Shown here in pieces: positions 39,953 through 48,006 of a stretch of DNA of 64,000 nucleotides. Positions within the stretch are counted from its first letter, which is position 1. Each line of letters begins with the position of its first letter. The notes beneath the pieces are model-generated. The model searched no databases and was not told the origin of the DNA. It saw nothing but the letters and a program-made list of their open reading frames with translations. Position numbers and translations under genes: made by a program. The stretch is taken from contig QHUB01000030.1 of assembly GCA_003221035.1 (NCBI GenBank), positions 28,763 to 92,762 on the forward strand. The letters are read 5' to 3'. This DNA comes from Gemmatimonadota bacterium. Its GTDB lineage: Bacteria; Gemmatimonadota; Gemmatimonadetes; Gemmatimonadales; GWC2-71-9.

Positions 39953-41542
39953 CTAAGCCTCCGGCGTGAGTGCGACCTTGAATCCTTTCGCCTTGAGACT
40001 GGCGCTGAGGCCCGCCTTTTCGACGGAGCGCAGGTAGGCCTCGTCGGGCTCGATCGCCTTTTTCTCGACGAGCTCGAGCAGGGCGTCGTTCAGTGTCAGC
40101 ATGCCGAGTTTCTTGCTGGTCTGAATGATCGACGGGATCTGGAACGTCTTACCCTCGCGGATCAGGTTCGAAATCGCCGGCGTGGTCAGCAGGATCTCGC
40201 GCGCGGCGACGCGGCCGCCCCCGATCTTCTTGCACAGCGTCTGCGAGATCACGCCCTTGAGCGACTCCGACAGCATCACGCGAATCTGCGCCTGCCGGTC
40301 GGCGGGGAACTGGTCGATCATGCGATCGACCGTGGACGCCGCGTTCGTCGTGTGCAGCGTGCCGAAGACCAGATGGCCGGTCTCCGCCGTCTCGATCGCG
40401 ATCGCAATCGTCTCGAGATCGCGCATCTCACCGACCAGCACGATATCGGGGTCCTCACGGAGCGCCGCGCGCAGCGCCGACTTGAAGCTCTCGGTGTGCA
40501 TATGGACCTGGCGCTGCGTGATCAGGCACTTCTTGTTTTCGTGCACGAATTCGATCGGATCTTCGATCGTGATGATGTGATCGGTGCGCGTGCGATTGAT
40601 GAGGTCGATCAGCGCGCAGAGCGTCGTGGACTTGCCCGACCCGGTCGGACCGGTGATCAGCACCAGGCCCTTCTTGAGATAGCAGAGCTTCTGCACCTCT
40701 TCAGAGAGGCCCATCTCCTCGACGGTCACGACCTTGGCCGGGATGACGCGGAAGACCGCGACCGGCCCTTTGCGGTCGCGCGCGGCGTTGACGCGGAAGC
40801 GCGCGACGCCGGAGATCTCGTAGGCAAAGTCGGTATCGCCGGACTCCTTCCATTCGCCGCGATTACGCTCGGGCATGATCGAGAGCACCAGGAGCTCGAG
40901 ATCGTTCACGCTGAGCCCGGAGCCCGATTGCCGCCGGATCTCGCCGTGGGTCCGAAACATCGCCGGCTCGCCGACCCGCAGGTGCAGATCGGAGCTGCTC
41001 GACTGGACCAGGGCGCGGAGCAGCTTGCCGAGTTTTTGTTCCGCGGCTTGATACTCGGAGTGCGCGAATTCGCCCGGCAAGGACGCGGTGGGGGCGGCCG
41101 AGTCGACCATCGGCGCCGCGGCGATCACCGACGCCCGGGGAGGCGGCGGCGCCGTCGCTGAACGCTTCGCTGTCACCTCCGCCGCGTCGGCAGTGGACGC
41201 CTGATCCACGACGGGAGCGGGCAGCTCATCCGAAGCGCGTCGAATCGCGGAGATGACCGCCGTGAGCCGACCTCCTTCGGGCACGATTCGCACCCGGACC
41301 AGCCCGTTCCCGGCGGCGTAATCGAATTCGGTCTCGGACTGGTGATCGATCTTGTCCGCCGCTTCCGGCGGCGCCACCTCGACCATCAGGGCGTAAATGT
41401 GCTTATCGGTGAGCGGCTGCTTGGAGACTCTGCGCGGTTTGCCGTCTTTCACGAGTGTGACGGGCTCGTCCGGCAGCAGGTAGAGCTGGTCGGCGCGCTC
41501 GCGCAGCATGACTTCGACAAACGGATCGAGCCGCGACGGCAT
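39953..41542 (-). CDS. PilT-family hexameric ATPase with ~190-aa N-terminal extension (degenerate duplicated N-domain plus Ala/Pro-rich linker)
   Basis: Core motifs: ASDLHLRVGEP, Walker A GPTGSGKST, Asp box IITIEDPIE, Walker B PDIVLVGEMRD, His box TGHLVFGTLHT. The extension ADQLYLLPDEPVTLVKDGKPRRV...GLVRVRI mirrors the PilT N-domain pattern. Confidence 0.85.
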   Translation of the reverse strand: MPSRLDPFVEVMLRERADQLYLLPDEPVTLVKDGKPRRVSKQPLTDKHIYALMVEVAPPEAADKIDHQSETEFDYAAGNGLVRVRIVPEGGRLTAVISAIRRASDELPAPVVDQASTADAAEVTAKRSATAPPPPRASVIAAAPMVDSAAPTASLPGEFAHSEYQAAEQKLGKLLRALVQSSSSDLHLRVGEPAMFRTHGEIRRQSGSGLSVNDLELLVLSIMPERNRGEWKESGDTDFAYEISGVARFRVNAARDRKGPVAVFRVIPAKVVTVEEMGLSEEVQKLCYLKKGLVLITGPTGSGKSTTLCALIDLINRTRTDHIITIEDPIEFVHENKKCLITQRQVHMHTESFKSALRAALREDPDIVLVGEMRDLETIAIAIETAETGHLVFGTLHTTNAASTVDRMIDQFPADRQAQIRVMLSESLKGVISQTLCKKIGGGRVAAREILLTTPAISNLIREGKTFQIPSIIQTSKKLGMLTLNDALLELVEKKAIEPDEAYLRSVEKAGLSASLKAKGFKVALTPEA

Positions 41543-41545
41543 GAA

Positions 41546-42016
41546 TCAGTCCTCGGGGCGCGCGAAGAGCACGTGCGCGCGATTGACGAGTTGCACCGCA
41601 TCCGCAGTGGTGAGCGCGAAGAACGGCTCAGCGGACGCGTTGAGATAATCGAGCAGCCGCGAGTGATATTCCGGCAGCTCCAGTGTCGCCCACCCACTCA
41701 GCGTGGAGCCGTCGGCCAGGGTCAACTCGAGACTGGCCTGCTTGGCGGCCGAGAGGCGTGCGCTATCCAGGGCGTCGGCGCGCGCCACGGTCAGCAAGAC
41801 GGTGCGGGCTTTCGCCACGAGGAGAACGCCTTCGCCGTCCTTGTGCGATCGAAACGGGAAAAACGCATCGGGCCGGTTCAACATGTCGAGCGGAGTCTCG
41901 GGCCCGGCATGCTGCGGGACGCGCTCCGACACGTACACGTCGCCCTCACGCTTGCCCCCGCCTGCCAGTAAGAGCGTCGCGGGAATCGCGACGCGCGGCA
42001 TGGAATAGTCCGGCAC
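41546..42016 (-). CDS. Hypothetical protein with an internal duplication, coupled to the PilT-like gene
   Basis: The two halves share a pattern: LDMLNRPDAFFPF...VLLVAKARTVLL versus LLDYLNASAEPFFAL...VQLVNRAHVLFA. Ends 3 nt before the ATPase start and starts immediately after the upstream stop. Confidence 0.55.
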   Translation of the reverse strand: MPDYSMPRVAIPATLLLAGGGKREGDVYVSERVPQHAGPETPLDMLNRPDAFFPFRSHKDGEGVLLVAKARTVLLTVARADALDSARLSAAKQASLELTLADGSTLSGWATLELPEYHSRLLDYLNASAEPFFALTTADAVQLVNRAHVLFARPED

Positions 42017-42292
42017 CTATCTCGCTCGGGGACGGCACTGCACCGACGTGGGTGCCGCGTTCCCGCAGGCAATCGTCTCGTTCATGCCCTTTACCACCGG
42101 CCCACAGGCGGTCTCTTGCCCCGTGCGCGTGGCTTCGGCGGCTGTGCTGCCGGCCGCCGCGGCGCAGTTGGACCGGCCGTTGAACTCCACGCAGACGTTG
42201 CATTCCTGGGTCGCGCCCGCCGTGGACATATAGAAGAACAGCGCAATGATGACGGCGATGACGGCGAGGGTGACTCCGGTCGAACGTTTCAT
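42017..42292 (-). CDS. Small membrane-anchored Cys-rich protein
   Basis: 91 aa. One N-terminal TM (VTLAVIAVIIALFFYM), then 6 Cys (ECNVCVEF..SNC...ACGP...IACG...VQC). Confidence 0.5.
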   Translation of the reverse strand: MKRSTGVTLAVIAVIIALFFYMSTAGATQECNVCVEFNGRSNCAAAAGSTAAEATRTGQETACGPVVKGMNETIACGNAAPTSVQCRPRAR

Positions 42293-42356
42293 GGTCCCGA
42301 AGGTGGCAAAGAGGACGAATTCGCGCCAGAGGCCGGCTCACGCTAACGTGTAGGGG

Positions 42357-43025
42357 ATGACTGGCCTGTTGCGATTGGTGATGATCGGTTTCGCAGTCGT
42401 GGCGGTTCTGCTCTTCTATGGCGCCGGATCAGCGTGGCGCCACCAGAACCGCGTGAGCTCGCTCTTCACGCTCCTGGCCGGAGCGCTGCTGCTCGCGCTG
42501 AGTATGCTCTGCGCGGCGATTTCGGTCGGGGTTCGCGGCTACCGCGTCTTCACGGCCGAGCAAGTGGCCGCGACGATCAAGACCGAGCCGATAGGGCCGC
42601 ATCGCTTCCGCGCGACGGTTACGCTCCCCGACAGCAGCCTGCACATGTTCGATCTCGCCGGCGATGCCGTGTATGTGGAAGCGCACGTGCTGAAGTGGCG
42701 GCCCATCGGAACGTTCCTGGGCTTGCAGACGGCCTATGAGCTCGACCGGATCGCGGGCCGCTATCAATCGCTCAGTGATGAACAGCAACGTGAGCGCACG
42801 GTGTACTCGCTCGCCCAGCATAAACCATTCAATGCCTACGATCTCGCCCATTATTGGGTGCTGCGACCGTTCGTTGACGCCGAGTACGGGTCGGCCACAT
42901 TTATCGGCGCAACGACATCGGGAAGCGGGGCCGGGGGCGCGGGCGGGGCCGGGGGCGGGGGCGCGACTTACGAGATCAGGGTCTCCACGACCGGACTCCT
43001 GGTACGGCCTGCCGTTACCAGGTAA
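42357..43025 (+). CDS. Membrane protein (2 TM) with soluble domain and Gly-rich tract, unknown function
   Basis: Two N-terminal helices. Lies divergent from the PilT-like operon. Contains the SGSGAGGAGGAGGGGA tract. Confidence 0.55.
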   Translation: MTGLLRLVMIGFAVVAVLLFYGAGSAWRHQNRVSSLFTLLAGALLLALSMLCAAISVGVRGYRVFTAEQVAATIKTEPIGPHRFRATVTLPDSSLHMFDLAGDAVYVEAHVLKWRPIGTFLGLQTAYELDRIAGRYQSLSDEQQRERTVYSLAQHKPFNAYDLAHYWVLRPFVDAEYGSATFIGATTSGSGAGGAGGAGGGGATYEIRVSTTGLLVRPAVTR

Positions 43026-43035
43026 GCTTCTCGCC

Positions 43036-44880
43036 GTGGCCGAGCAGAAACCCAAACCAAACTATTCCAACGCCTGGCGCGAAGCGCAGGGACTGATCTG
43101 GCAGCACCGCCGGCGCCTCGCGTTTGGGCTCGTGCTGATGCTCGTCAACCGCATCGCTGGGCTCGTGCTGCCGGGCTCCTCCCGCTACATCATCGACCAC
43201 GTCATCGGGCAGCGGCGGGCTGAGCTGTTGCCGGTCATCGCCGTCGCGGTCGGCGTCGCGGCGCTGATTCAGGCCGTGACCTCGTACGGGCTCTCCCAGA
43301 TCCTTGGCGTGGCGGCGCAGCGCGCGATCACCGACATGCGCAAGTCCATTCAGGCATTCGTGTTGCGGCTGCCAATCGGCTACTTCGATTCCACCAAGAC
43401 GGGCATCCTGATCTCCCGCATCATGACCGACGCCGAGGGCATTCGGAACCTGGTCGGCACCGGACTGGTGCAGCTGCTCGGCGGCCTCGTCACGGCCGGC
43501 ATCGCGCTCGGCGTGTTGTTCTGGCTGAACTGGAAACTGACGGCGCTCTCGATCTTCGTGCTCGCGCTGTTCGGCGGCGGGATGGCGTTCGCCTTTGCCA
43601 AGCTGCGCCCGCTGTTCCGCGAGCGCGGCAAGCTGAACGCCGACGTCACCGGCCGGCTGGCGGAGACGCTCGGCGGCATCCGGATCGTGAAGGCGTATCG
43701 CTCCGAGCGGAGCGAGCGGCTCGTTTTTGCGCGCGGCGCGCACAAGCTGTTCCGCAATGTCGCGACGACGATGACCGGCGTCTCCGGCGTCGGCGCATTC
43801 GCGCAGCTCGTGATCGGGGCCATCGGCGTGCTGATGATCGTCGTCGGCGGCCGCGCGATCCTGGGCGGCGCCATGACGCTCGGCCAATTCGTGCAGTACA
43901 TCTTTTTCGTCGGTCTCGTCGCGGCGCCGCTCATCGGCATCGCCGCGATCGGCACGCAGATCACCGAAGCGTTCGCGGGTCTCGATCGTATTCACGAGCT
44001 GCGCCGCATGACCACCGAGGATGCCGAGGACGCCAATCGCCAGGCGATCGACACGGTACGCGGCGATGTCGCATTCGATCATGTGACCTTTGCGTACAAG
44101 CCCGGCGTGCCGGTCTTGAAGGACGTCTCGTTCCGCGCGCCGGCGGGGTCCACCACCGCGCTGGTCGGTTCATCGGGATCGGGCAAGAGCACGCTGGTCA
44201 GCCTCGTGCTCGCGTTCAACCGTCCGGAGCAGGGGCGCGTGCTCGTGGATGGTCGCGACCTCAACGCCATCCGCCTCTCCGATTATCGCACGCAGCTCGG
44301 CGTGGTGCTGCAGGACAACTTCTTGTTCGACGGCACGATCGCCGAGAACATCGCGTTCGCCAAGCCGCACGCGCCGCGCGCGGAAATCGAAGCCGTGGCG
44401 CGGATCGCGCACTGCGACGAGTTCGTCGGTCAGTTCGACGACAAGTACGACACCGTGGTGGGCGAGCGCGGGGTCAAGCTGTCGGGCGGGCAGCGCCAGC
44501 GTATTTCGATCGCGCGCGCCATTCTCGCCGATCCGCGCATTCTCGTGCTCGACGAAGCCACATCCAGTCTCGATTCCGAGAGCGAAGCCAAGATTCAGGA
44601 CGGGCTGCGCGCGCTGCGGCGCGGGCGCACGACGTTCGTGATCGCGCACCGCCTCTCCACGATTCGGAGCGCGGATCAGATTCTCGTGCTCGAGGGTGGG
44701 CAGATCGTCGAGCGGGGAACGCACGAAGCATTGCTGGAGGCCAACGGGCGGTACCGGCAGCTGTACGACAAGCAGTACAATTTCGAGCGGGATCGCTTCA
44801 TCAATCCCGGAGAAGATTTCACGCCGGAGCCTGAAACCGGAGTTTCGATGCCACCACTTGCGCCGCCTGGTCGCCTCTAA
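43036..44880 (+). CDS. ABC exporter, fused permease/ATPase (MsbA-like)
   Basis: GTG start after the stop of the upstream gene. Six-helix TMD. Walker A GSSGSGKST, signature LSGGQRQR, Walker B ILVLDEATS. Confidence 0.9.
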   Translation: MAEQKPKPNYSNAWREAQGLIWQHRRRLAFGLVLMLVNRIAGLVLPGSSRYIIDHVIGQRRAELLPVIAVAVGVAALIQAVTSYGLSQILGVAAQRAITDMRKSIQAFVLRLPIGYFDSTKTGILISRIMTDAEGIRNLVGTGLVQLLGGLVTAGIALGVLFWLNWKLTALSIFVLALFGGGMAFAFAKLRPLFRERGKLNADVTGRLAETLGGIRIVKAYRSERSERLVFARGAHKLFRNVATTMTGVSGVGAFAQLVIGAIGVLMIVVGGRAILGGAMTLGQFVQYIFFVGLVAAPLIGIAAIGTQITEAFAGLDRIHELRRMTTEDAEDANRQAIDTVRGDVAFDHVTFAYKPGVPVLKDVSFRAPAGSTTALVGSSGSGKSTLVSLVLAFNRPEQGRVLVDGRDLNAIRLSDYRTQLGVVLQDNFLFDGTIAENIAFAKPHAPRAEIEAVARIAHCDEFVGQFDDKYDTVVGERGVKLSGGQRQRISIARAILADPRILVLDEATSSLDSESEAKIQDGLRALRRGRTTFVIAHRLSTIRSADQILVLEGGQIVERGTHEALLEANGRYRQLYDKQYNFERDRFINPGEDFTPEPETGVSMPPLAPPGRL

Positions 44881-44898
44881 GTCTCAAGGTTCAAGGTT

Positions 44899-44944
44899 CA
44901 AGAAAAGTACAAGACGCCAAGTTGTAAGTGGTTGCAAGTGGAAG
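44899..44944. repeat. Left arm of 46-nt inverted repeat flanking the four-helix-bundle gene
   Basis: CAAGAAAAGTACAAGACGCCAAGTTGTAAGTGGTTGCAAGTGGAAG matches the reverse complement of 45386-45431 at 40/46 positions (43/46 pairable as RNA counting G-U). Preceded by TCAAGGT x2.7 (44884-44902). Confidence 0.8.
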
Positions 44945-45019
44945 TGTAAGGTGCAAGAAAAGGCCCCGACGTGCAAAGATTTGATGCCGGTGGACGCCAT
45001 GTCCCCGGCATTGTTCGTT

Positions 45020-45385
45020 ATGAGCCACTTCAAAAGTCTCAAGGCATGGCAGCACGCGCGGGCGCTCGCGCTTCTTTCCAAACCGTTGATCGACCGTTTG
45101 CCGGTGTCCGAGCGAAGCGGCCTCGCCGATCAATGGCGACGCGCCGCATCGAGCGTAGTCCTGAATATCGCAGAGGGCGCGAGCCGGCGCGGAGCGAAGG
45201 AGTTTCGAAAACATCTCGACATCGCTCGCTCTTCGCTCGACGAGATCGAGGCGATTATCGATCTGGCTTTGGGGCTCGAGTACTTGTCTCGAGATGAAGT
45301 GGTAAAGGTCAGCGCGGTACGCGACGAATGCGGCCGGACCGTCTTTGGATTGATCCGAAAACTGGGTATTCCTGTAAACTCGTAG
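45020..45385 (+). CDS. Four-helix-bundle protein (23S rRNA intervening-sequence protein family)
   Basis: MSHFKSLKAWQHARALAL...QWRRAASSVVLNIAEGASRRGAKEFRKHLDIARSSLDEIEAII..A..L.Y is the canonical family pattern (NIAEG, F..A.GS..E). GC is lower than in the neighbours. Confidence 0.85.
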   Translation: MSHFKSLKAWQHARALALLSKPLIDRLPVSERSGLADQWRRAASSVVLNIAEGASRRGAKEFRKHLDIARSSLDEIEAIIDLALGLEYLSRDEVVKVSAVRDECGRTVFGLIRKLGIPVNS

Positions 45386-45431
45386 CTTGCACTTGTAGCC
45401 ACTCGCAACTTGGCGTCTTGCACTTTTCTTG
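45386..45431. repeat. Right arm of 46-nt inverted repeat
   Basis: CTTGCACTTGTAGCCACTCGCAACTTGGCGTCTTGCACTTTTCTTG. Begins at the base after the TAG of the four-helix-bundle gene. Confidence 0.8.
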
Positions 45432-45438
45432 CGGCTAG

Positions 45439-46749
45439 TTACTTGCGGCTGGGAACCCAAGATGCGGTGTGAAAGTGTTCCGACCGCGGCGCAAGCTTGC
45501 CTTTCCCCGCGACGTAATCCTTCCAACTTGTCGGTGAATAGTCGTTCGGAACCTGCCGCATCGTGATGCAGTCTTGAACGGGGCACACCGCCGCGCACAG
45601 ATTGCACCCGACGCACGCTTCCTCGATGATCTCGACGACGGGCCCGCCGTTGTTGCGCGGCAGCCGGCGAATCGCTTGATGCGCTCCATCTTCGCACGCC
45701 GTCCAGCACAGCTCGCACTTGATGCACTTGTCCTGGTCGATGTGCGCGAGCAGATGATAGTTGAGGTCCAGATCCTCCCACTTGGCGACGCGCGGCAGCG
45801 CTCGCCCCCGAATGTCGCTCAGCGCGCGATGGCCGCGCTCGTCCATCCAGTTCGAGAGGCCGTCGATCAGATCCTCCACGATCCGAAAGCCGTAATGCAT
45901 CACCGCGGTGCACACCTGCAGCGTCCCCGCGCCCAGCGCAATGAACTCGGCCGCGTCGCGCCAGGTGGAGATGCCGCCGATGCCCGAGATCGGAATCTGC
46001 ACCGACGGATCGCCCGCGACCGCGGAAACCAAATGCAGCGCGATCGGCTTGACCGCCGGCCCGCAGTAGCCGCCGTGACTCGACTTGCCCGCCACTGCCG
46101 GCTGAGGCTCGAACGTCGCGAGATCGACGCCGACGATCGAGTTGATCGTGTTGATCAGCGACAGCGCATCGGCGCCGCCCTTGACCGCCGCGCGCGCGAT
46201 GTAGGTGATATCGGTGACGTTGGGCGTGAGCTTCACGATCACCGGGATCGTGGCGACCTCCTTCACCCATTCGACGATCTGGCAGGTGTACTCGGGCACC
46301 TGGCCGACCGCACTTCCCATCCCGCGCTCGCTCATGCCGTGCGGGCAGCCGAAGTTCAGCTCGATCCCGTCGGCGCCCGTGTCTTCGGTCTGCTTCACCA
46401 TCGCGTGCCATGATTCGCGCTTCGATTCCACCATCAGCGAAGCGATCACCGCGTGTTTCGGATAGTTGCGCTTGACCTCGGCGATCTCTTTCAGATTCTC
46501 CGCGACCGGCCGGTCGCTGATCAGCTCGATGTTGTTGAATCCCATCATCCGGTTCTGGCCGAGGTCCACCGAGCCATAGCGCGAGAAGACATTGATGATG
46601 GGCTCGCCGATCGTCTTCCACACCGCGCCGCCCCAGCCGTGGTCGAACGCTTTGGCGACCTGGCCGTAGGTGTTCGTCGGCGGGCCGGAAGCGAGCCAAA
46701 AAGGGTTCGGGCTCGTAATGCCCGCGAAGTTTGTCGTGAGGTCAGGCAT
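45439..46749 (-). CDS. preA: NAD-dependent dihydropyrimidine dehydrogenase subunit PreA (DHOD-like domain plus 2x[4Fe-4S])
   Basis: GIELNFGCPHGM and GGISGPAVKP-like GGYCGPAVKPIAL. C-terminal CIKCELCWTAC and CVGCNLCAAVCP. Confidence 0.9.
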   Translation of the reverse strand: MPDLTTNFAGITSPNPFWLASGPPTNTYGQVAKAFDHGWGGAVWKTIGEPIINVFSRYGSVDLGQNRMMGFNNIELISDRPVAENLKEIAEVKRNYPKHAVIASLMVESKRESWHAMVKQTEDTGADGIELNFGCPHGMSERGMGSAVGQVPEYTCQIVEWVKEVATIPVIVKLTPNVTDITYIARAAVKGGADALSLINTINSIVGVDLATFEPQPAVAGKSSHGGYCGPAVKPIALHLVSAVAGDPSVQIPISGIGGISTWRDAAEFIALGAGTLQVCTAVMHYGFRIVEDLIDGLSNWMDERGHRALSDIRGRALPRVAKWEDLDLNYHLLAHIDQDKCIKCELCWTACEDGAHQAIRRLPRNNGGPVVEIIEEACVGCNLCAAVCPVQDCITMRQVPNDYSPTSWKDYVAGKGKLAPRSEHFHTASWVPSRK

Positions 46750-48006
46750 TTACCGTCCTTTACCGTCCTGTACCGTCGTTTTATCTACCGTCAGCATTTG
46801 GTCTATCCGTTTCGCAGCCGCGACACCCTCCGCCGCCGCATTCACGATTTCGGCGCCACCGTTCGCACAATCGCCGCCCTCGAACACCTTCGGATGAGCC
46901 TTGGGCCGGGCGAGCTCGGTTCGCACGTCCTGGCCGATTGCCACAATCACCATGTCGCACGGAATGGTTTCGGCGCCGGTCGCCGTTGTGATCTCGAGGC
47001 CGGCGACGGCGCCGTTGCCCGCGATGCGCTGCGGCGCCGCGTTGAACCGGAAGCCGCAGCCGTCGCGCTTCGCGAGCTCGTACTCGTAGTGATAACACGG
47101 CATGTCGGCCTCGCCGCGGCGATAGACGATGGTCGAGGACGCGGCGCCGAGGCGTTTGGCCTGCGTGACCGCGTCGATCGCGGTATTGCCCGCGCCGATG
47201 ACGACGACATGCCGTCCGACCGTCGTCTCCCGGTACGGATGGGTCTTCAGATGTTCGATGAAGGTGAGCGCATCGATGACGCCGCGCAGCTCTTCACCAG
47301 GAATACCGAGTCGCTTCGTGCGTCCCAGTCCCACGCCGACAAAAACGGCATCGTACTGGCGGAGCAGGTCCTCGACAGACGTCACGGTGACGCCGGTCTT
47401 CAGCTCGACGCCGAGGTCGAGAATGTCCTGCACCTCGGCCAGCGCGACATCGGCCTTGAGCTTGTACTCGGCGATGCCGTAGGTATTGAGCCCGCCAGGC
47501 TGCGATTTCGCCTCGAAGACGGTCACCGCATGGCCGCAGCGCCGCAGGTCGCGCGCGCACGCGAGACCCGCCGGTCCGGCGCCGATAATTGCGACGCGCT
47601 TGCCGGTGCTGGGGCCGGCCTCAAAGAGTTTGAGCTTGCGCTCGAGCACGTAATCCGTCGCATGACGCTGCAGGAGCGCGATCTTGATCGGCTCCTCGTC
47701 GCGGTCGTTCAGAACGCACGCGCCCTCGCACAACACCTCCACCGGGCAGGCCCGCGCGCACGAGTGGCCAAACGGATTGGCATCGAGGATCACACGCGCG
47801 GAGCCGCGCAGATTGCCGCTGGCGATCTTTTTGATGAATGCCGGGACGTCGATGTGGGTGGGACAGGCGATGGTGCAGGGCGCGTCATGGCAGTAGAGGC
47901 ACTTATTCGCCTCGAGCAGCGCCGCGTCGCTCGTGAGCGGCGGCGCGATGTCGGCAAAATTGCGCCGCAGCTCGTCGTCGGAAAGTACCGCAGCTCGGTC
48001 AGGCAC
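46750..48006 (-). CDS. preT: Dihydropyrimidine dehydrogenase subunit PreT (GltD-like)
   Basis: CLYCHDAPCTIACP, VAIIGAGPAGLACA, VVVIGAGNTAIDA. GTG start. Confidence 0.9.
   Translation of the reverse strand: MPDRAAVLSDDELRRNFADIAPPLTSDAALLEANKCLYCHDAPCTIACPTHIDVPAFIKKIASGNLRGSARVILDANPFGHSCARACPVEVLCEGACVLNDRDEEPIKIALLQRHATDYVLERKLKLFEAGPSTGKRVAIIGAGPAGLACARDLRRCGHAVTVFEAKSQPGGLNTYGIAEYKLKADVALAEVQDILDLGVELKTGVTVTSVEDLLRQYDAVFVGVGLGRTKRLGIPGEELRGVIDALTFIEHLKTHPYRETTVGRHVVVIGAGNTAIDAVTQAKRLGAASSTIVYRRGEADMPCYHYEYELAKRDGCGFRFNAAPQRIAGNGAVAGLEITTATGAETIPCDMVIVAIGQDVRTELARPKAHPKVFEGGDCANGGAEIVNAAAEGVAAAKRIDQMLTVDKTTVQDGKGR
46751..46792 (-). repeat. Four copies of GACGGTA (plus-strand TACCGTC) immediately 5' of the preA start
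   Basis: TACCGTC at 46751, 46761, 46771 and 46786. On the coding strand this reads GACGGTAgataaaacGACGGTAcagGACGGTAaagGACGGTAaATG. It lies in the last ~14 codons of preT. Confidence 0.7.

Noticed and set aside
42921-42965. Run of G-tracts (GGGGCCGGGGGCGCGGGCGGGGCCGGGGGCGGGGG), considered as a G-quadruplex or simple repeat
   Set aside because: It lies in frame and encodes a Gly/Ala-rich linker (SGAGGAGGAGGGGA). In high-GC DNA such tracts are common, and I cannot support a regulatory role from the sequence alone.
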